From a virus (Duplodnaviria; Caudoviricetes): DNA of 44,282 nt. The DNA lies in the IMG/VR virus record IMGVR_UViG_3300027715_000016, positions 1-44,282 of that record; one strand, given 5' to 3'. The notes beneath the pieces are model-generated. The model was given only the letters and a program-made list of their open reading frames with translations, was not told where the DNA came from and ran no database searches. Below, piece after piece: positions 1-9,492 of the stretch. Every line of letters starts with the position of its first letter. Positions within the stretch are counted from its first letter, which is position 1. The position numbers and the translations under genes are program-made.

Positions 1-1
1 A

Positions 2-1869
2 GACCCAAATCCTTTTATAAAAGCCACAAAAGACTTATTGGGTGAAAATGGCTGTAGGTGGATGCTGGCATATCGGAACTATGCAAGAAGGAGAAGCTTT
101 TAGAAATTTATGTCGTTCTAAGAATATACCGTTTGAAGATTTTAATGAAATTGCAAAAAATATAGATAAATATAGAAAAGATGAATATTGGAAACCAATA
201 ATAGATGAGTGTCAAAAATTTATAGGAGTTATCGTAAGTATGTCAAATCACCCATGTGCCAATATTCTATACGATGGCAATTTAGAAGAAGAATTAGGAG
301 TTATAAAATCAGGAGAATTTTTATGTTGTCCTATAACCTCGAGCGAGGCAGAACGGTTTTCGGATTTCTTAAAAATGACTACTTGACTGTTTCAACTGTG
401 GATATAACTCAAAAAACTTTTGATTTAATTGGTATTCCTAGAATGTCTTTAGTAGAATTAGAGAATAAATTAGATGATAAAGTTTGGGATATATATGAAA
501 AAGGACTAACTTGCACTGTAAATCAATTAGATTCAATTTATCGGAACAGCTTATGCTATGAGATACAAACCTAAAAATATATCTGAATTAGCAATGTTAA
601 CTCGGAGTTATTAGACCTAATTTTGTAGAATATAGAGAAGATTTTATAAATAGAATTCCTTATAAAAATGAATGTGATAAAATGGATGAATTATTTAAAT
701 CAACTGGTGGTTTTATTATATTCCAAGAAAATCTTATGCAATTCTTCGAGTGGCTTAGAGTTAGTCCAGCAGAAAGTATTGGTTTAATAAAGAGAATTTC
801 AAAGAAGAAAATTAAACAAGAAGATTTTGATAATTTAACTGAAAAACTTAAGAAAAATTGGATAAAAGAAAATGGTTCTGAAATAGGATTTGAAACCACT
901 TGGCATAAAATACAAGCTATGACAAACTATGGATATAATTCTCCTCATGCTCTTGCAGTTGCGATGGATAGTTTATACAACGCCTATCTTAAGGCTCACT
1001 TTTCACTAGAATATTACACAGTTGTATTGTCTCTTTATACGGGGGATATGGAAAGAACTGAACGCTTAATAAACGAATTATCATATTTCAACATCACAAT
1101 CTCTCCACCTCGCTTTCGCTTTTCTAGCAACGACTACACAATGCACAAAGAAACCAATACTATCTTCAAAGGCGTAAGTTCCATAAAAGGAATATCAAAG
1201 ACCGTTGGAGACCAACTCAATCAACTCAGAGACAACACATACCCAACATTTTTAGAATTACTTATAGACCTGAAAAATAACAACATCCATAACTCTGACA
1301 TACTTATCCTAATCAAATTAAATTACTTCTCAGAGTTTGGTAAAGCCAAATCCCTACTTAAATACATAGAAATATTCCAACAATTCTATGGCAAAAAGAC
1401 ATTTAATAAAGATAAACAATATCTAGTTAAAACTAACATAATAGGTAAATTCTGTGACAAGGAAACAGAAAAACAATATCGTGAGTTTAGAGAAATGGAA
1501 TTCCTACAATACGTATGGTCTAAACTTAAACAAATAGATTTTCCTGTGAAGGAAGTGGTCTCATACCAATTAAACTACTACGGATATATAGACATCATAG
1601 ACAACACACAAGACTCACGTTTATGGTGTGTAACAAGCATAGAACAAAGAGGTAATAATTATATAACCCATTTATACAACCTTAGTTCTGGCAAACAAGA
1701 GACATGTAAGATACGTAAGAGAATATACGAACAAACCAAAATAGATAAAGGTGACTTTATACTGTTAAGAGGGTTTAATAAAGAAGGTAAAAGATATAAA
1801 GTTGATGATGAATGGGTACAATCAACTGAAGACTTTGAAAATATATTAAAAGAATATAAGAAAGTATAA
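2..1869 (+). CDS. dnaE: DNA polymerase III alpha subunit (C-terminal ~620 aa, 5' end outside window), continuous only if the C of in-frame CGG is skipped at 74, 354, 361, 542 and 603
   Basis: Reconstruction: ...WMLAY(G)TMQEGEAFR...SNHPCA...EAE(G)F(G)FLKNDYL...DSIY(G)TAYAMRYKPKNISELAMLT(G)VIRPN...IIFQENLM...YGYNSPHALA...YLKAHF. These are the DnaE motifs HxxG/A, GxLKxDxL, KP..RP, FQE and YxFNxxHA. Joins ORFs 42..386, 209..574 and 682..1869. Confidence 0.92.
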
Positions 1870-1882
1870 GGAGGAATAAATA

Positions 1883-2389
1883 ATGGAAAAAGTAACAATA
1901 GAAGTATATAAATGTGATACATGTGGTAATCTTTACTATAACGAAAGTTCAGCAATTGAATGTTGTAAAATAAATAAATGTACTTTATGTGGGAAAGAAA
2001 TATCAAAACATAAAAGTATTTGTGATGAATGTGTTAAAAAAGAACAGATAGAAAACGCAACTAAATATACATATAAAGAGTATAAAGAAAAATATCCTAA
2101 TAATTATATTTATTATAATGAAAATTATTATAATGATTTAGAAGATTTATTAGAATTCAATGAGAAAGATAAATTAGAAAATCCTATATATGGGACATAC
2201 GAAGAAATAATAAGAATAGATATAAAAGAAGTTATAAATGATGCAGAATACAATTCTGATGTTGAAGACTTTCAATTTAATAATACAAAAGAATTAATTG
2301 ATTTTGTAGAAGAATGGAATAAAGAGAATTCTAGACCAGTGTATTATGTTAATAAAAATATAATAATTGATATAAGTGAGGAAATATAA
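1883..2389 (+). CDS. hypothetical protein with N-terminal CxxC zinc-binding motifs
   Basis: 168-aa ORF, AGGAGG RBS, motifs CDTC, CC, CTLC, CDEC. Confidence 0.75.
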   Translation: MEKVTIEVYKCDTCGNLYYNESSAIECCKINKCTLCGKEISKHKSICDECVKKEQIENATKYTYKEYKEKYPNNYIYYNENYYNDLEDLLEFNEKDKLENPIYGTYEEIIRIDIKEVINDAEYNSDVEDFQFNNTKELIDFVEEWNKENSRPVYYVNKNIIIDISEEI

Positions 2390-2787
2390 TGAATTTGATA
2401 GAAAGATTAAATGATTTAATAAAAGAATTAAAAAACGAAAATATGATAAGCACAAGTGATATCAGTGACACCCATCATACTATAGGAGATTTATATAAAC
2501 ACAGATGCATATTATTCAGTGTTATATGCAATCAAAATAAAGACATATCTTGGAAAAGTAAATTACATTCTGATGGAACTATGTATGATGATATGTTTAT
2601 TGTAGGCATTAAAACATTAAAAGGGCAAGCAACTTATCATTATGATATGGAATTTTGGGATATGTTTAAAGTAAAAGAAATAGATAATGCTCCAGAATGG
2701 GATGGATATAGTCCAGAAGATGTATTAGAAAGATTACAAAGCTTAAGTAAAACTTATTATGAATTAGAATACAATAAATATTTATAA
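2389..2787 (+). CDS. conserved phage protein (WDGH-motif-like)
   Basis: 132 aa; SDxxHTxxxLYxHR, WKSKLHSDG, TYHY and APEWDGY pattern; TAATG coupling to the upstream gene. Confidence 0.65.
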   Translation: MNLIERLNDLIKELKNENMISTSDISDTHHTIGDLYKHRCILFSVICNQNKDISWKSKLHSDGTMYDDMFIVGIKTLKGQATYHYDMEFWDMFKVKEIDNAPEWDGYSPEDVLERLQSLSKTYYELEYNKYL

Positions 2788-2946
2788 AATATAATAATTA
2801 ATACAAGTGAATAACACCCTTAAACATATAGCCAGACGACCGAGAATAGGGTGTATACACACTTTTATAATAAAGCAATATAAGTTTACTCTTATAACGC
2901 AAAATACGTTTATGTGTCTAATTAGTAAAAGAAAGGAGAGGTTATA

Positions 2947-3396
2947 ATGTTAAAAGAGCAATTAATGAAAGACTTAAAACAAGCTATGATTAATAAAGAT
3001 GAATTACAAAAGAATACTATTATAATGCTTAAGGCGGCAATTCAACAAATAGAAAAAGATAAGAATATAACTCTATCTGAAAATGAAATATTAGATATTA
3101 TATCTAAACAAATAAAACAAAGAGTCGATGTTATACCATCTTACGAAAAACTTAATAGACTTGCTAGTATTGAATGTTTAAATAGAGAAATAGATATATT
3201 AAAATCTTATTTACCTAAGCAACTAACAAGAGAAGAAATCATAGAATTAGTTAATGAAGCTAAAACAGATATAAATGCTAATACAATAAAAGACTTAGGT
3301 GTGATGATGATGTATTTAAGACCTAGAATACTTGGTAAAGCCGATGGTAAAATAGTGAGTGAAATAGTAAAAGATATATTAAATAAGGAGGTGTAA
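2947..3396 (+). CDS. GatB/YqeY domain protein
   Basis: LKEQLMKDLKQAM...IKQRxD...EIDILKSYLPKQLT...DLGVMM...GKADGK matches the YqeY family pattern. Confidence 0.9.
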   Translation: MLKEQLMKDLKQAMINKDELQKNTIIMLKAAIQQIEKDKNITLSENEILDIISKQIKQRVDVIPSYEKLNRLASIECLNREIDILKSYLPKQLTREEIIELVNEAKTDINANTIKDLGVMMMYLRPRILGKADGKIVSEIVKDILNKEV

Positions 3397-3398
3397 TT

Positions 3399-3806
3399 AT
3401 GAAGTTAAAAGAAATATTAGACATGAGTGATTATTTACAAACTAAATGTTATTGCCCAGGAGAAGTTTATTCATTAGATGGATTCTTCTATCAAATATTT
3501 AAAGATGAGGATGAATATAAACTCATAGGTAAATGTGAAAAAGAGAATGTATTAACTGCGGATGGATGTAGTTTTATTGCTGTAATTAGCGGAGAAGAAA
3601 GTCCACAGGTTTTAGTTATTATATATAAAGAAGATAATATTATAGACATTGTTAGATTCGATGCAACAGAAAATAATATAAAACTTGTAAAAGAAGTAAT
3701 AGAAACTCAAAAAACTACTTTAAAACTTGATGAATATATAGAAGGAAGTACTATGAAAGATTTAAATGAGATATTTGAGATTGCGGATTGTATACTAATT
3801 GATTAG
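3399..3806 (+). CDS. hypothetical protein
   Basis: 135-aa ORF with GGAGGTG RBS in a tightly packed operon. Confidence 0.7.
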   Translation: MKLKEILDMSDYLQTKCYCPGEVYSLDGFFYQIFKDEDEYKLIGKCEKENVLTADGCSFIAVISGEESPQVLVIIYKEDNIIDIVRFDATENNIKLVKEVIETQKTTLKLDEYIEGSTMKDLNEIFEIADCILID

Positions 3807-3821
3807 GGAGGGGAATAAACT

Positions 3822-6800
3822 ATGCAAGTAAAAAAAAGGGATGGTAGAATAAAAGACTTTAGTTCTATTAGAATTATGGAAGTAATATCATTAGCTTATA
3901 AAGATGTATTTGAAGATGAATCTGAAACTCCAGAGAAACAATGTGAAATATTTGATGTTGGAAATACTGTAATTCAAAAAATAAAAGATTTAAATAAAGA
4001 AATAATAGACGTAGAAGAAATCCAAGATATCGTTGTAAAAGAATTATATAAAGTTAATCGTAAAGTAAGTAAATCTTATAAAAAATATAGAGAAGAAAGA
4101 AATGAAGTAAGAGAAAAAAATAACATAAAAGAAAAATTCTATAAAGAAATTTTAGAATGTAGTAATATAGATAATGATAATGCGAATATAGAACAATCTA
4201 GTTTTTCTGGTAGGAAATATAGAATAGCAGATAATGAACAAAAATCTTATGCTTTAAGAAATCTAATATCAAAAGACGTTAGAACAGCTTTTGAAGAAGG
4301 ATATATTTATATTCATGATTTGTCTAGTTATGCAATTGGAGAACATAATTGCTTATTTAGTGATAATTTAAAATTGTTAACAAATGGTTTTAAAACTAGA
4401 AATGGAGATGTTAGACCTGCTAATTCATTTGCAACTGCTTGTCAACTTATAGCTGTAATATTTCAAGTACAATCACAAAATCAATTTGGTGGAGTTGCTA
4501 GTTGTGGAATAGATTTTGAACTAGAACCTTTTGCACATAAATCTTTTGTAAAATTATTCAAAGAAGGAAGAACGGAACATCCAGAACCAACAGTAAAAAC
4601 TACTATTAATATACACATAGATGACAAAGATATAAAAAAATGGTATCCTAAGGCTTATGATTATGCGGTTAGACATCTTGAAAAAGAAGGTAAACAAGCA
4701 GCACAAGGATTATTCCATAATCTTAATACATTAGAATCTCGTGCAGGAAGTCAAGTGCCATTTACTTCGATAAATTATGGTAGAAATACATCTACATACG
4801 GCAGATTAATTAACAAATGGTTACTAGAAGCGAGCATTGATGGGATAGGTAAGCACAATAGAACAAGTATATTTCCAATTTCCATATTACAGTATAAGAA
4901 GGGTGTCAACGATAAAAAGGGGACGCTAAATTATGATATAAAGCAGTTGGCTATAAAAAGTTTAAGTCGTAGGATATATCCTAATATAGCAAATGGAGAT
5001 TGGTCAGAAAACATTGATAATCCAAATGATTATACGACATTTTTTTCAACTATGGGTTAATTTCATGGCTCATATAAAACTTTGTGAACGCATATAAAAG
5101 CGGTGTTTATTCAAATTGAATAAGCTAACGGTTCAGAACTAGAGATAGTTTATGAGTAAGGGAGTCTAAGTCCTTTTAGGATATGATAATACCGTGTTAA
5201 GTCTACTAATTTGTTTTTATCGAAGAGGTGATGAAAATAAAAAAAGAAATAGAAAATATACCAGGATACTTTGTTGATGAATTAGGAAATGTTTATAATT
5301 CAAAAGAACATAGATTTCATCCTTTTAAAGATAATTGTGGATATTTACAAGTAACTTTAAAAGTAAACAAAAAGGATAAACATGTTAGAGTTCATAGACT
5401 TGTAGCTAATGCATTTTTACCAAATCCAGAAAATAAAGCTCAAGTAAATCATATAGATGGAGATAAGACTAATAATACATTAGAAAATTTACAATGGATG
5501 ACAAATAAAGAGAATTCTATACATGCTTATGAGACTGGTTTAAATATTAAAGGTAATGGCGGTTATGGTAGAGGTATAGCTATTTTAGTATATGATAAAT
5601 TAACTAAAAATTTTATTAAAGAATTTAAATCTATAATGCAAACAGCAAGAGAATTAAAATTAAATAGAAAAACTTTAACCTCTATATTATGGAATGAAAA
5701 ACCAAATAATACAAATTATATTTTTGAATATAAAAATAAAGAACAAATTAGTAGAAAAATGTAACGACTACCGAAAACATAATTAAGACCTTAATCTTAA
5801 TGAGAAGTGAGTAGGGTACAACAGATATTAATACTGTTGGAAGCGCAAAGTGGTTAATATAGGTATTAATCAAAGAGATAGTCTGTCTTACGTGAAAGCG
5901 TAAGGTCAAACGTGTAGAACATTACTAGGAAAAGATATACATACTGGTTCTTACTCAAAAGTAGGAAGAGGGAATATATCTCCTATAACAATAAACTTAC
6001 CAAAAATAGGATTAGAATATGGTATTAAATTGGGAGAAAGAAACGAACCTGATTTAGAAGGGTTTATGAAAAAAATAGACGAAGTCTTACAAATAACTAA
6101 AAAGGGATTAATGGATAGATATGAATACATATGCAATCAATCTCCTAAATCGGCTCAGTTCATGTATGAAAATGGAACCATTCTAGATGCTGACAAATGT
6201 AAAGATACCGTAAGAGAAGCTATAAAGCATGGCACAAATGCATTTGGGCTAATTGGTATGGCAGAAACATGCAATGCTTTATTTGGAAAACATCAAGGTG
6301 AAAGCTTAGAAGCTTATGAGTTTGCTTTAAATTTAATTAAGCATATGAGTGATTACACGAAACGAGTATCAGTAGAAGAACAAATGAACTTTAGCTTGTA
6401 CTATAGTCCTGTTGAAAATGCTTGTAAAACAATGAGAAATGTATTATTTAATCAATATGGGAAAATAGATGGTGTTACAGATAGACCATATTTAACAAAT
6501 TCGATTCATATTCCTGTATGGTTTGAATGTGATGCATTTACTAAGTTAACTTTGGAAGCTCCATTTACCAAATATGGAACAGGTGGTTGTATAACATATG
6601 TAGAATTAAGTTCTAATGCTATAAATAATCCTGAAGGCATTGAGAAATTAATTGATTATGCAATGAATATAAATATACCATACCTAGCTTTAAATTTCCC
6701 AATTGATTCTTGTGGGTCATGTGGATATAGCTCTCAAATAAATACAGATTTATGTCCTGTTTGTGGTAGTGATAAAATAGAAAGATTAAAAAGAGTCACT

Positions 6801-6950
6801 GGATATTTAACAACAGATTATAGAAAATTTAATGATGGTAAAATAGCAGAAGTAAATGATAGAGTAGTACATGAAAATTTCAACCCTTTAACTCTTCCTG
6901 TAATAAATTATGCTAAAGAAAAATTAAAAGAAAATGGAATTAATATCTAG
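3822..6950 (+). CDS. nrdD: anaerobic (class III) ribonucleoside-triphosphate reductase; exons 3822..5057 and 5913..6950, ~757 aa
   Basis: N-terminal ATP cone (VKKRDGR); YIHDL..HNC; HNLNTLESRAGSQVPFTSINYG; splicing restores STMG|CRT with the catalytic Cys; C-terminal CxxC..CxxC and glycyl-radical RVTGYL. Confidence 0.96.
5058..5912 (+). mobile_element. group I intron in nrdD
   Basis: 5' exon ends in U (ATGGGT) and pairs with GCTCAT (P1, U-G pair); P7 halves GACTA (~5766) and TAGTC (~5879); terminal G at 5912; removal restores MGCR. Confidence 0.92.
5231..5764 (+). CDS. intron-encoded HNH homing endonuclease (I-HmuI-like)
   Basis: VHRLVANAFLPNP..VNHIDGDKTNN..NLQW HNH core; C-terminal EFKSIMQTAREL helix-turn-helix-like region; GAGGTG RBS. 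Confidence 0.9.
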   Translation: MKIKKEIENIPGYFVDELGNVYNSKEHRFHPFKDNCGYLQVTLKVNKKDKHVRVHRLVANAFLPNPENKAQVNHIDGDKTNNTLENLQWMTNKENSIHAYETGLNIKGNGGYGRGIAILVYDKLTKNFIKEFKSIMQTARELKLNRKTLTSILWNEKPNNTNYIFEYKNKEQISRKM

Positions 6951-6951
6951 T

Positions 6952-7455
6952 ATGAGATATGCAAATATAATATATAATGATATTGTCAACGCAAAAGGTA
7001 TGTCTTTAAGTTTTTATACTCAAGGATGTACTCATCATTGTAAAGGGTGTTTTAATAAGGGAACATGGGATTTTAAAAAAGGAAATATGCTCAATGAAAA
7101 TAAAATTAAAGAAATAAAAAATATTTTAAAAATACATGGGAATCAATATGACAATTTATGTTTATTAGGCGGAGAACCATTTGATAATATTAATACAAGT
7201 AATTTTATTATAAATTTATTTAAAAACGAATTACAAAACAAAACAATTTGGTGTTATACAGGATATACGTTTGAAGAATTAATTCAAAATAGTGATAAGC
7301 TAAAATTATTAAAAGAAATTGATATATTGATAGATGGTGAATTCATAGAGGAATTGAAAGATGTAACTTTAAAATTTAAAGGTAGTTCAAACCAAAGGAT
7401 TTTAGATATTAAAGAAAGTTTAAGACAAAATAAAGCAGTTTTATACGAAATTTAG
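6952..7455 (+). CDS. nrdG: anaerobic RNR activating enzyme (radical SAM)
   Basis: QGCTHHCKGCFN (CxxxCxxC), LGGEP, YTGY, DGEF and GSSNQR motifs; directly after nrdD; start 6952 preferred over 6934. Confidence 0.95.
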   Translation: MRYANIIYNDIVNAKGMSLSFYTQGCTHHCKGCFNKGTWDFKKGNMLNENKIKEIKNILKIHGNQYDNLCLLGGEPFDNINTSNFIINLFKNELQNKTIWCYTGYTFEELIQNSDKLKLLKEIDILIDGEFIEELKDVTLKFKGSSNQRILDIKESLRQNKAVLYEI

Positions 7456-7464
7456 CAAAAAGAC

Positions 7465-7493
7465 TTGACATTCAGAACAAAATATGTTATAAT
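7465..7493 (+). promoter_or_regulatory. consensus sigma-A/sigma70 promoter with extended -10
   Basis: TTGACA (7465-7470), 17-nt spacer, TATAAT (7488-7493) preceded by TG at 7485-7486. Confidence 0.85.
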
Positions 7494-7546
7494 ATAATTA
7501 TAATAAAAGAATGTCAAGTTCTTATTATAGAAAGAGGGGAAATATT

Positions 7547-7687
7547 ATGTTTGATATTAAAGAAATCGATACCAAAGGAAATAGGACTTTTATAAGAAGT
7601 CAAGTTAAAGAAATTGCTAAAGCTAAAAAAGGTAAAGTTAAAGCTTTTTGGAAATACTTTATCAAAGAAACGAAAGGAGATAAATAA
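7547..7687 (+). CDS. small basic hypothetical protein, 46 aa (not in ORF track)
   Basis: GAGGGG RBS, MFDIKEIDTKGNRTFIRSQVKEIAKAKKGKVKAFWKYFIKETKGDK*, first gene after the promoter. Confidence 0.65.
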   Translation: MFDIKEIDTKGNRTFIRSQVKEIAKAKKGKVKAFWKYFIKETKGDK

Positions 7688-7689
7688 TT

Positions 7690-7953
7690 ATGGATACTTT
7701 TATAGAAATTATAGGAATATTTTTTGTATGTTTAATTATTAGCGTTGCTGTTTTTTTTACAGGATATATAATATGTGAAATTGTTGGCAAAGAAGATGCT
7801 AAAAATATAGCAAGTGTTGAAACTATTATAAATAATGAAAAAGTAACTTTAACAAATATAGAAATAATATATTGTGGCGATACAAGTGAAATACATACAA
7901 AAGACAGCAAAGTTTATAAAGTTAAAGAGTTTAAAGTAAATTATATTAAATAG
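7690..7953 (+). CDS. small membrane-anchored hypothetical protein
   Basis: 87 aa, N-terminal hydrophobic helix, AGGAG RBS. Confidence 0.7.
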   Translation: MDTFIEIIGIFFVCLIISVAVFFTGYIICEIVGKEDAKNIASVETIINNEKVTLTNIEIIYCGDTSEIHTKDSKVYKVKEFKVNYIK

Positions 7954-7965
7954 GAGGCGATACTT

Positions 7966-8217
7966 ATGGCTAAAAAAATTATACAATTTAAATATCCAAT
8001 AGAAAGTAGAACTATTTCTTTTGAGTATGCTGATAATATGATAAAATATTTAAAAGAAGAATTAGGAGATGAATATGTATTTGTTTTTTATCCTTACGAT
8101 ATAGAAGTTGTTGATGGCGATACTAAAATATATCAAATAGACGATGAAAAATATACATATAATGAATTAAAAGAAATAATAGAAGATAGTTGTAACTATA
8201 AAGATTTATGTAATTAA
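7966..8217 (+). CDS. hypothetical protein
   Basis: 83 aa, AGGAGG RBS. Confidence 0.7.
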   Translation: MAKKIIQFKYPIESRTISFEYADNMIKYLKEELGDEYVFVFYPYDIEVVDGDTKIYQIDDEKYTYNELKEIIEDSCNYKDLCN

Positions 8218-8237
8218 ATTATAAGGAGGAGAATAAT

Positions 8238-8768
8238 ATGAAAAATAAAATAGCTCCAGTAAAAGGTGAATTAAGAATAGAACCTACAGAGCTTAATCGT
8301 TATTATATAAGAGATGGGTATAATAATTCTTATGTATTTACAGAGGAAGAAATGTTAGAAATATATAATTATATGCAAGAAAAAATAGAAATACCAGATT
8401 TTGATTATGAAGATGAAGAATGTAATTGTTTTCAATGTATGCAAGAGAGAGCCGAAGATGAAGAATATGATTATTTCCTAGATGACGAAACAGGTTTAAC
8501 AATAAAAAAAGACAATGAAGGATATATTGTGACTGATTGTTTCAATCAAGACATTGTTCTTACAAAAGATGAAATGATTGTTATAAAAGATTATGTCCTT
8601 GGGCATATAGACGAAGAGGATGATGAAGATTACGATTGTAATACTTGTTTAAACGCAGAGTTTTGTCCTGATTACGAAGATTTAAATATAGACGAAATAG
8701 ACGAAGATGGAGATATTACAATAGTAATAAAGAAAAGCGATTTATTGAAAATGCTTTATAATGATTAG
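8238..8768 (+). CDS. very acidic hypothetical protein with an internal domain duplication
   Basis: 176 aa, AGGAGG RBS, two similar ~60-aa units each ending in an acidic run and Cys cluster. Confidence 0.7.
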   Translation: MKNKIAPVKGELRIEPTELNRYYIRDGYNNSYVFTEEEMLEIYNYMQEKIEIPDFDYEDEECNCFQCMQERAEDEEYDYFLDDETGLTIKKDNEGYIVTDCFNQDIVLTKDEMIVIKDYVLGHIDEEDDEDYDCNTCLNAEFCPDYEDLNIDEIDEDGDITIVIKKSDLLKMLYND

Positions 8769-8783
8769 TAGGGGTGAGTTGAG

Positions 8784-9492
8784 TTGGCTAAATTTATAGA
8801 CTTAACTGGTGAAAAGTTTGGAAGATTGACAGTTATTGAAAGGGTTGATAAACCTGAACATATTAAAAATGGCGGAACATGGTGGCTATGTAATTGTAAT
8901 TGTCGGGAATGAAAAAATAGTAGAAGGCAGTGAATTAAAAAGAGGTGGCACTAAATCATGTGGATGTTTACGAATAGAATATCTTAAAGAATCTAAAAAG
9001 AAATATAATATTTATGATTTAGCTGGGAAATATGGAATTGGCTTTACATTTAAAAATGAAAAATTTTATTTTGACTTGGATGATTTTGAAAAAATAGCTG
9101 AATACTGTTGGTATATTAATAATTTAGGTTATCTTGTAACTAGGATAAATAAAAAACCTCAGACGTTTCATAGATTAATTATGGATGTATTAGAAGATAG
9201 AGAAAAAATTATTGACCATAAAAATGGAGTTAAATATGATAATCGAAAAGAAAACTTAAGGATTTGTACTCCTCAAGAAAATGTGCTTAATAGTAAAAAA
9301 CCAAAGAATAATAAAAGTGGAATCAAAGGTGTTTGTTGGGATAAAAAAAATAGCAAATGGCTTTCACAAATACGTATAAACAACAAAAATATTTTTTTAG
9401 GTTTGTATACCAATATAGAAGAAGCAGCAAAAATGCGTAAAGATGCTGAAATCAAATTACATGGTGAATTTAGATATAAGGAGGATGACTAA
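8784..9492 (+). CDS. HNH-AP2 endonuclease (~235 aa), TTG start, C skipped at CGG 8904
   Basis: MAKFIDLTGEKFGRLTVI...WLCNCNC(G)NEK...TKSCGC, then HRLIM..IDHKNG..DNRKENLR (HNH) and SGIKGV.W..KW...LG.Y...EEAA (AP2). Confidence 0.88.

Noticed and set aside
350-366. Classical -1 slippery-site frameshift at GGTTTTC in dnaE
   Set aside because: Two successive CGG skips give the same net frame and fit the rule seen at 14 other sites; there is no canonical X XXY YYZ heptamer.
5058-5912. Intein or split-gene explanation for the nrdD and TMP interruptions
   Set aside because: The inserts contain stops and non-coding RNA cores with P1/P7 and a terminal G, and lack intein Cys/His-Asn termini.
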